A stretch of 64,000 bases of DNA from positions 59,489 through 123,488 of the forward strand of contig NMRA01000744.1 of assembly GCA_002633005.1 (NCBI GenBank), written 5' to 3'. Position 1 is the first letter of the stretch. Each line of letters starts with the position of its first letter. This stretch comes from Phoronis australis (lineage: Eukaryota > Animalia > Phoronida). Under the pieces are notes generated by a model. The model was given only the letters and a program-made list of their open reading frames with translations, ran no database searches and had not been told where the DNA came from. A program made the position numbers and the translations under genes. Shown here in pieces: positions 1 to 10,500 of this stretch.

Positions 1-207
1 ACATGGTGATTGGTCAGGCTCAACTATCTTGTACTGGTAGTACGGACATGGTGATTGGTCAGGCTAAACTATCTCAAACTGGTGGTACGGGCATGGTTAT
101 TGGTCAGGCTCATTCATCTTGTACTGGTAGTGCCGACGTGATTGATCAGGCTCAACCATCTTGTACTGGTAGTATGGAAGTTGTGATTGGTCAGGCTCAA
201 CTATCTT
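1..207. repeat. About 45-bp minisatellite, about 5 copies, truncated by the window edge
   Basis: Unit tggtgattggtcaggctcaactatcttgtactggtagtacggaca; explains ORFs 3..215 and 97..330. Confidence 0.9.
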
Positions 208-931
208 GGGAGTAAACACTAGAGGTGGGTGGAGGGAAATGTCTGCATGAAATGTAATGGCCAATGAAAAACTGGCTTTGCCCAACCTTGCTATAGATTT
301 TACAAAGCGACGCGTTAAACTAGATAACATTTCTGTATTTTACATGCTGGCATGCAACAGTGCACGTTTTACCTTCCTCAAATCTATTATATATCATGTA
401 TAACCAAAAGGAAACTTAAAGGAAAAACGTTATAATTGTATTTATATTAAAAAATCAAGTCTCGCATATAACACGACATGGATGTAAAAATTAGAGACCC
501 AGCTTTATAGGGTCCTGGAAAAAATCCTCATCTGACATGCTAGTTTCAAAGAACAAGCGAAACGTGAAGACCGAAGCCCAGGCACAAATCTCCGACTCAA
601 CTCGTGTTAAAATTTAACCAGTCATGCCGCACGATTACAGTACTAACCTTAGTTTACTCGAAACGTGTCATGCAATTTTTAAATCGAGTTCCAAGTACAG
701 AGGTTAGAAATCTGCCCCCAGAATTCCAAAAGTGCACAAAGACACCAGAGTGCAGTTCTGCTCATGTACAAAGCACACTTGTCTAGTGATCATGAACTAA
801 CACAGAGAGAGTTAAAGCGAATTACCAGGAACTAAGTTTGGGTTTACATACACAAGCAGCAAGCGCTTGGATGCTAAAGAACAACTGAGTAGAAAATACA
901 ATTATCAGTTTAAAAGATATCTTACTACATT

Positions 932-1034
932 ACTAACTAGCAGGCTAACTACTTTACCTGGGACTTACTAGCAGGCTAACTACTTTACCTGGGACTAACT
1001 AGCAGGCTAACTACTTTACCTGGGACTTACTAGC
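932..1034. repeat. 31-bp tandem repeat, about 3.3 copies
   Basis: Unit actwactagcaggctaactactttacctggg. Confidence 0.92.
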
Positions 1035-1286
1035 TACTGACTAAGTACTAAAACATGATGTAAACTACGTAACAATAATACACACGAGACACAGTCAGCA
1101 CAAGAGAAAAGAAAACGGACAGAAAACTGTTTCTGCGTCATGACAGTCAACTATTCCGGCTGAAAATGATGGGTTATGACGCGTCATGGTGGATGTAATC
1201 CATTATCACGATCTTCCGAAGTCGCAAAAATTGGTCCATAAATAGCGTAACCAAGCATGTTGACCTAATTTCCAAAGTATACATGT

Positions 1287-1793
1287 CAGGGCTTGGAATG
1301 ACCAATGGCGAAAAACACAGAAATTTTTACGGCCCGAAACGTGTGCGCAGTCAGCCTTGAAATAGTCGGTGTGGACCTTTTGCCGACAGAAATCGGGAGG
1401 ACAAGAAAAAAAACAAAAAAACGGTACCACCTCCAAAAGCACGAGTCTGCATCTTTTTAGCTCATCCGCCACTCCCACCTCCACACATTTTTTGCTGCAG
1501 AGTCGTAGTATTTGTCACCACGGTTTACAATCACACGAGCCACCATTGAAGAAATCCACCACGCTATCCCAGATGCCCCGGCAATGTTGACAATTTACGT
1601 TCCTCCGATACATAAAAAGCAACTTCCGCTTTTCGAGGTGGAAGTCATCGGCAACGCTGCGGTTAGAAAGAAATTTGCCGTGGAAATTTTATATCAAATC
1701 AGATTTCTTTTACGCGGAAACATAATAAAATACGCGGACAGAACATTTGAAAAAAGCGGAAATCCGTGTTTCCGTGGAAAATTCCAAGACTTG
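1287..1793. mobile_element. Non-autonomous DNA transposon (MITE), CAGGGCTTGGAAT termini, 6-bp TSD ACATGT
   Basis: Left end CAGGGCTTGGAAT, right end ATTCCAAGACTTG; ACATGT at 1281-1286 and 1794-1799; related copy at 37900. Confidence 0.8.
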
Positions 1794-3670
1794 ACATGTA
1801 CAGTGCGCTAAGCGGCGTGTCAGCAACTTCATTACCGCCGTTCATAATTGTGTATTGTGCTTTAGATTTTTGATAAGAAAGAGACAGGCCAGAAATCTTT
1901 ATCGTACCTTCTCACTAAAAGTTCCGGGTTTTGCCGATAGCCCTTAGCAGACTTTTTAAAGCCGGTATAAGACCGACGCCTGCGTACAATGTGGCAGTTG
2001 CACACCTGGTGAGTTATTTGTGTACTACACACATAGGGTAAATGTTTGACCTCGAGAAAATTTTAAAGTGGATGTGCACTTTGCAAGCACAATCACTATC
2101 AAAAGTACAGACACATAACTTCACCAGAGCACGGCCGGAAAGAAGTGACACAGAATAAACCTCGGCTTATTTTACTGAACATAAAAACTCCCTGCACGCT
2201 AGCATTCTTATATTGTTCATCGTAAAAATTTCGACATCTTGCCTTTGGAAATATGATACAAGTGTGTATAACACTACGTTGAATATGAATATTTTTGCAA
2301 ATTGCATGTATGTGCCTATTGCATCAAAGTATATGCCTAGGCCGTCAAGCTAGTATTGGAAACAAGTGAACAAGCATTGACACAATCAATTACGCGAAAT
2401 TTAGCCGAAATCGATTTTCTACATGTGACCTAATCAGTGCATCAGTCGTCTGCATTTGTCATGCCGTGCATCTTTTAAAGATATCATGGGTTTTATTTAT
2501 GATCGGAACTACATGAATAGCCTTCTGGTAAATTACCCATCACGACATACGGCCATTACCATCAATTCTGTTTACATTCAACCACTATGACGCGGAAAAA
2601 CGTGTCACTTCGTCACTTTCCTTTTGACTTGTTGTGTGTAAAAGCAATTTAGTCTTTCAGTACTAAAACAAATAGATAACATATTAAAAGCGAAAAATCT
2701 GCGTCTACTGAGGGAAGCACTTGTGAATTTAATATGTCAATTAACTACCTACTATTTAGCAAAGCCCATAACTCAATGACCAGCGACCGTAGCAACAGAC
2801 TAGCAATGCAGTTTTCCAGAGCTTCACAAGACAACCCACTTATAAATTTAACACGTCGGAGTACCACGACCAATTGAATGTTGCATTACGTGCGGCGCAA
2901 GGGATAACGGGATGTGGCCAATTTCAGCACAATGCAATAGTCGGCACGACAGAAAGGAAGAGATAGGTCATGGAGAAATGGTGTCAGTGACACAGAGAAG
3001 CCAGATGACGGAACACATAGCAGGGACACAACAAACACACGGAGAGACACGAGAAAGTCCGCAGAAGAAAGTGTATCTTACTTGTCCAGTTTTGTTACTG
3101 ACAACACAAAACAGCGAACAAAAAGGCAACTGAAGAACGAAACACGCAGTAAATAATGGTGGCATATTTAAATCGAGAGAAATAAAGCTTAATTACAGCA
3201 ATTATTCACCTACTTAGCAAGCAATAAGGCAGGAAAGTGATTGTCAAAAATTTCCACAAAAATGAAGATTAGCTTGGTTAACACTGTGTAGATGTAACCC
3301 AGGACGATACCTGGTAAAACTCCCATTATTTGCGGCAAGACAATTACCGTTAGAAAAATGAAAAACAACAACTTCGGCAATTTTTTTTGTACATCATAAT
3401 TTGAGAATAACTGTACAAATTTTGGATTGGCAAAAGCAAAACGCTTGAAGAAACGTGTACACGGCCCGTAACAAAGAAGTATGACGTAAGTTTTATCCCT
3501 TATATTACCACTGCGGTTGACAATGCAAGATGACTATCATTTGAGTCTAAGGACTAATTCCAGTTGCCCCTTTGTAGGATTATCAACACCAGAGAAAATG
3601 ATTTTATGCTTATGTGTGTGTTTGTGAAGGCAAGCGTGGTCGCGCTGTGCGAAGCGGACATTACACTCAC

Positions 3671-3712
3671 AGGTGTCGCTGTTTTTTCGCCCACTAGGTC
3701 TGACATGATGGC
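3671..3712 (-). CDS. Candidate 42-nt alternative exon in the beta-spectrin intron after exon 13 (AIMSDLVGEKTATP, or MSDLVGEKTATP as an internal start)
   Basis: tttgtgttatttttag|GCCATCATG...ACACCT|gtgagt; stop-free in phase 0; TGCATG just upstream. Confidence 0.55.
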
Positions 3713-4463
3713 CTAAAAATAACACAAACGATGACAGGCATGCAGATGTAGCCAGTGAGCTTGTCTACATCTACCACTAAAACGAAACGTCTGGACGTTA
3801 GTCAGGTGCAAATGTTCCGAGCGCGTACTGCATGCGTGTGTGATTAACTACAGAGAAATTAACAGCAAATGTCACCAGACTCGCAATATTCACAAACAGG
3901 ATCTTTGACCAGCGAAACCTACGTGGTCAAAAGGAAGCCCGCGCACGACGTGTTCAACGCCAAATTTTTATTTTCTCAGGAAATGGCAGCAATACACCTT
4001 ATTGACGTAGTCGCCATGTTACAAAGACCCTCCTTTTATGTTTTAAAAACAATGCATTCCGAGCTTAATCAAAGCACAAAACATGATTTTTCGCATGCCT
4101 CATTATATTTATGTCTCAGTTAGTATTGTTACTTAAACCTAAAAAGAGGCTCTTTTAAAAATGACGACAGTGTAATTAAGGTCTATTGGCGTGAAACCCA
4201 AGCCCAGTGATTCAAATCGAAAGTTTTTGTTCCTAATCTAATAAGACTGAGCGGAAAACCGCTAATGAGTAAACCCACTGAGGAGGCTGGTGACATTGAA
4301 ATGAAATAAAATAAAATAAAAAACTACAAAATGCCATAAAATATCCAACAAAAGAAATACCAAGTTTGAATAGCTGCGCGGGAGAAATAAGCATGTAAAT
4401 TTCGCAAAAATAACGAACAAAAAGGAAAAAACCGAAATCCGATAGTATCAGACATTCAAATAC

Positions 4464-4580
4464 CTTGTGTTTCTTCAGCAGAGACTGAGTGCTGGCTTCA
4501 TCCTTACCGACATCCTCGCTGGAGACCAGACGCAATGTGTCAATCATCCATGTGTCAACATCGTCCGCATCAGCAAAGAA
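4464..4580 (-). CDS. beta-Spec: Beta-spectrin exon 13 ([39 protein letters not shown])
   Basis: Repeat 5 helices A-B; 117 nt, phase 0-0. Confidence 0.95.
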
Positions 4581-7500
4581 CTAGAATTGACAAGGTGAAG
4601 GTCAATTAAATCTAAACTGCAACCTAGAATCAGTCCCAGTTTCTGAAACACAATGACAATGTCGTTACTAAATGTACTGTAAAACACATAAGCCGGCTCC
4701 AATCAGACTGTGAGATTTCAAAAGAATAAGTCGAAATACAACTTGTATAAAGGGTCACGTGCACGAACTAGAACAACCGTACGGTTGGCTTCGTCAGTCG
4801 AGTGAAAATCCAAAATTATGCATGCCTGACTTTTTATGTGAATCGCACTGTAATTCAGTTTTGTATACTATTCACTCAACCGGAACATGGTCAAGAAAAC
4901 ACCTGCTAAGGGTGTTGTTAAAATGATTGCAGATGATTCGTTAGACAGCACACAAGGAGAGGTCGCAAAGCCTCTCCCACTGACCTTTGGCTTACACTCA
5001 CGTGCTTACCTGGTAGGACTGTACATATTCCATCAGTCGTTAATGTCTGAAGGAGGAGAATTAGTGAAGCCCCTCCCACTGACCTTTAGCATCTACTCAC
5101 GTGCTTACCTGATAGAACTCCACAGCTTCCAGCAATCGTTTATGTCTGAAGGCGGAGAGGTCATGAAGCCCCTCCCACTGACCCTTGATCTCATCAATGC
5201 GAGACTGGATCTTCTCAGCGCCAAAATTACCAGCATCAATGAGGTCGCGGCCCACTTGATTGACAGACTCCAGGTGTGAGTGACGGGCCTGCATTTCATC
5301 ATCCATATTCTGGGAAGAAGCAAGAGACATGGATACAACCACAAGACAAATGTACATAATTACATTTTATAGAAACATTTTCCAGACAAGGCTAACCTCA
5401 TGAGCAAAATCTTACGTTTTGATTAAGACAATAGCAATGACATAAAAGTGTTTCATGGACTTTCCATTTATTAAGATTCTCAACAGTTCCATCTACTCAA
5501 TCACCTGCAATGCCTATATAAAATTCTCACATCCAAACCAAGATCACACATTTACCAACAGTTCTCATAACCACCTGTAGATGTCACCCCTGCATGCACC
5601 AGTGACCCCTTACCTTGTGTTTGTTGAGCAGTAGATTGACACTGGTCAGGTCATGACCTAGGTCGGGCGATGACATCAGCTGCTCCTTCTCTCTGATCCA
5701 TCCCTCCTCATCAGCCATATCCCAGTAGAACTGCCACAGGCGACGCGACTCGTCAAGTCGAGCACGTCGGTCGGCTGCCAACTGTTCTAGCTCCTGATAG
5801 GCTGCCTCCAAGCTGGCCATACGCTCCTCCACAATCTGGGGGTCACATGGTCGGTAACCTAAGCAACCAAGAGGCCAATATTAATAGTGGTTCCTCAGTG
5901 TGTAGGCTCATACTACAGAATTTGATTTGAGAGTTGTCACCGGCTAAGTCAAAAGAGTAGAAAAGATATGTCAATAATGTCTATAATTTGCTCCAAATGT
6001 ATAATCAAAGCCCACTTATCGCAACCAGTCTTATCAACATTCAGACCTGCTTTATCTATTTACAAACAGCTCAGTGCTTGTAGTTTCACAGTTAAGACAA
6101 CAGGCAGTTTTTGTTTACGTTTTTGTGTGTGTTTTTGTTTACAATCATGGAAGAAGTCCTTCTTTGAAAAGATATGGTTGAACGACTGCATTTTAATATC
6201 GTTGAGTTTAATGACGAGCACTCATACAAAGTTCAGAGATTTGGAAAATCTGACACTAAACTATCTCATATCACAAACGAAAAGGCATTCAACAAAATCC
6301 GTTTGTGTACTTGAAGGTATTCTGACCCATTAATGGCTCCTGTTGCATGCTTGGCAATGGTTCAAAACCCACCGCTGCCCATCTCAAAAGTCTTTTAAAA
6401 TTTTCACCCTGAATATCGTCAACACCACTGAACTACGATGGGCACCAGTGCTACCGAGACTGTTCAGAAACCGTCACGAGCTAGCCACTCACCTCCAACT
6501 TCCGCGAAGTCGTCATCAACGAAGCGCTGGGCCTCGGCGTTGACTGTCCTGACTCGGTCTCTCACAACCTTGATGTCGGCCTCCAAAAGGGCGTGCTTTT
6601 GTAACAGGTCCTCCACACCCATCAAGTGCTTGCCATAGTCCTCTGACAAGAGACGCACCTACAACAATCAACAGCTCTTAGTCGATACAGATCTTGGTGA
6701 CAAGACTTGCGCTATCATTACAATATTGCCTACACACCTATATTCAAAGTTTCATAATGGTTTAAACTGGAATGCTATCTTGATAATGAAAAGCCAGTAG
6801 AATGTCGTAACGTCACCCACCATTTCCATGATTTCAATTTTCTGCTGGCAAGCATGCACTAGCATACATTACACGGCCAATTTATGTCTGGTATTCTGCA
6901 CTCGATATCATGGGTTGCTGGAATCAGATAAGAATGGTCTCATTCAGGGCTCCTGAAGGGGAATCCAATATTATCATCACACTCTAGCACCCCACGAGTC
7001 ACGTCCTCAATAAAACACCCTACTGTATACCTTAATCTCATCCATCCAGTCCAGAATGTAGAGCATCTCTTGGAATATTTTCTGTAGCGACAGCGAGAGC
7101 TCTAGACGCATGCGGCGCGCCTTCAGCAACTCCAACAAGTATGACCAGAGGCGCAATACGTTGTCCTTCCTGAAATACACACATGCAAAATCAAAGAGTC
7201 ACTAAAAACCTTCGGTTACATTTTTTAAGGCAGATTACATGAACTACTTGGATAAAATTGTTTCTATAAACTCGACAAGTAGGCTTCAGTCAAACCAAGG
7301 CAACGATGAGGATAGTTGTAACAAGTTAGCACAAATCAACCAAAACGTTTAGCTTCAGAAGTCATGACCACCTAGTCATACCCGTTCAAGAATTCCATGA
7401 CTTTCAACCATTTCCCACCACAGTCTAAGTCGTTACGACTTCTTTCACGCCAGTCACAATCTCACGGATTCCTTCAACCATTCCCCACCACGCGAGCAAT

Positions 7501-10500
7501 GCTATTGTGACTGCCTCCCTATAAGTCATCAACTCCTACCATCCATAAGCACTACGATTCCATTATTCCTACCCACAACACTCACCTGGCATTAATTCTG
7601 TCTATATCATGGTAGTTCTCCTGCTCCAATTCATTGGCCACCGCCACCACCGCTTGCACACGCTCCTCGTACGCGTTGATGTCCGTCTCGATAGCCTCGT
7701 GTTTCTTTGTGGCAGCCTCCACTGCGGCGAGATCATAGCCAAAGTTGTCCTGCGACACGAGTCGCTGATTCTCACTAAGCCACGCCTCTCTTAGACCAGC
7801 CTTCCTGTCGAAGCGCACCGCTAGCTGTTCTAGCTTCTCCTGTCTGCAAAGGACACGCCGATGTCACAAGACCGAAAGAAATTCCCTTTTCATGTATTAA
7901 ATAACTAAAGGGTTGCTAAAACAGAACACTACATAAAAATGACAAAGCTATGGCCATAATCCCTTACCACTTCTTGCCTTGCCATATGGATAATGCAAGT
8001 CACAGATTTGTGTTCTTGGGTTTCTCATACTCATTTTTATAATTTATTCAGTTAGTGTAACTGCGTTCAGATGATTGGAAGAGTTCAGCTTAATTTACAC
8101 ATTCATAAATTTATGAGATACAGCAGCTTCACAGTTTCACTCTGCCTATCAGGAAACGCTTACCTGATTAGTTCGTCGCGTAGCGCCAGCTCGCGTTCAT
8201 GCTCTGCCTTCTCAAGTCGTTCCCACGCTTTGTTGATGTCCGAAATCAGCTTGCCCTCCTGCGGGAAGTAAGGCTTCTGGTTGTTGGCTCTCATCTTGCT
8301 TTGTAGAGTGAAGAGAAGGATCTCCAGGTTACCCTTCTCAATGAACCTGCACAGAAATAATATGCTCGCGTAAATTTGCAAAAGGTACAGCGGTACATCC
8401 TACTTATCTTTCTCAAGGAGCCTTTATCAAGAGTCTATTTGTTTTCTACTTAACAAAGAACGTGTCTAATGCAGCATGCAGACACGTCAAGTCGAAATCA
8501 TGGACTTCCAAATTAGAAACAACCTAAAATGCTGCATCTAATCTTGCTGCTCATACAAACAGCTACAGTGCAATCTTGTTAAATTGAGGTATGCTAATTC
8601 ACGATATTAAAAACATCTAATATGTTCTCCTGCCACTTTAAAGGTTTCTAAGCATGGTGCTGAATGAGTCTTTCAAGCCTAGTCTTCGAACTACACTTTT
8701 CGACCTCATAAGTCACACATGGAGTTGTATACAAAAAATAGCCCGTGTAGACCGGGGTTTAAAGGATTTATACTTAGAGTGAAATTGTTCCAAGTAGTCT
8801 TCGAGGTTGAAAAAAATTGCAGACAACAAGAGCGAAACGGGTCTGTAGTGAATACTAGGTAAAATCACATGGCCCTGAAATAGGAATCCTTGTGAGGTTC
8901 GTGACACAAATACTGTTGTCTATAACTTTTTGGAGATGGATGCATTGCACAGCTTTCAATGTAGATAACAGTTTGTTGGAGTTAAACTAGGCTGACAAGA
9001 AGCACAACAAGGATACATCCCTTGGATCAGCCATGACGAATTACATCAGTCAGGAATCCTGAAGGGGAATCCAACAGTATTCATCATATCCAGGGACACG
9101 AGTCAACACTGGTCACAATCATGATGTTTTGATCGCTATCTCAATTCTTATTTTAATCATCATTTTAACGTACCAATTAACATCCCGATTTTATTCATCA
9201 CTTCATTACCTGCTAAGAAAAGTGGAATTTAGTCAGAAAGAGCCAAGTAAAATTCAGAACCACCTGTCGAGACCAATGGCCGAGTTCATCAAAGCCACAC
9301 GATGCAAATTATACTGTGCTCAACCAACAAACCACAGCGGCGTAACCGTTACTGGCTTAGCGCGGTACCAACCACAATCCTGATTGAAGTTTTCATCTCA
9401 GTGCTTAAGGATATGGTTAAAACTGCATGAGCATCTCAAAGTGAACTTAACGGTGGGTTAGAATGATGATTAAAATAGCTATTCAATTTTTATTACGAAC
9501 GTGTAGCTGCAATCAACCCCACAACCCACCTGGGTGGTTTCTCCACCGTGCGATATGTGTTGAACTGCATCAGCTGTGACTGTACGCCCTGCAGCGAGTT
9601 CTCGAACTGGCGGTCGTTCAGCACGCCGATCGTCTGCTCGATCCAGTCCAGGAGGTCAGAGGTAAGCTTCTCGTACTCCTGAATCATCTGCTCGTTCTCC
9701 ATGGCGTTGTTCAGCACCTTGCCGATACGCTTGCCCTGAACGGACTCGGCCTTCATCTTGGAGAAGTAATGGTAGTACGTGACCACATATGTAATTATGG
9801 ACTTCTCGTCCGGCTGCTCAACGGCCACATCTGACAATGAAGGTAATGACGATAACATTAATAATAATAACAATAACAGTAACAATAATCATGANTGTAA
9901 CAAGTTAGCACAAATCAACCAAAACGTTTAGCTTCAGAAGTCATGACCACCTAGTCATACCCCTTTAAGAATTCCATGACTTTCAACCATTTCCCACCAC
10001 AGTCGAAGTCATTGTGACTTCTTTCACGCCAGTCACAATCTCACGGACTCCTTCAACCATTCCCCACCACGCGAGCAATGCTATTGTGACCTCCTCCCTA
10101 TAAGTCATCCACTCCTACCATCCATAAGCACTATGATTCCAATACTCCCACCCACAACACTCACCTGGCATTAATTCTGTCTATATCATGGTAGTTCTCC
10201 TGCTCCAATTCATTGGCCACCGCCACCACCGCTTGCACACGCTCCTCGTAAGCGTTGATGTCCGTCTCGATAGCCTCGTGTTTCTTTGTGGCAGCCTCAA
10301 CTGCGGCGAGGTCATAGCCAAAGTTGTCCTGCGACACGAGTCGCTGATTCTCACTAAGCCACGCCTCTCTTAGACCGGCCTTCCTGTCGAAGCGCACCGC
10401 TAGCTGTTCTAGCTTCTCCTGTCTGCAAAGGACACGCGGATGTCACAAGACCGAAAGAAATTCCCTTTTCATGTATTAAATTACTAAAGAGTTGCTAAAA

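Noticed and set aside
3-330. Repetitive ORFs 3..215 (+) and 97..330 (-)
   Set aside because: By-products of a 45-bp minisatellite inside a spectrin intron; no recognisable domain
1908-1914. 7-nt candidate microexon TGAGAAG, which would restore phase 0 after the 16-nt candidate
   Set aside because: Short pyrimidine tract and mediocre donor; a chance match is likely
4887-5279. 130-aa plus-strand ORF with internal repeats
   Set aside because: Antisense shadow of spectrin exon 12 and the 99-bp repeat
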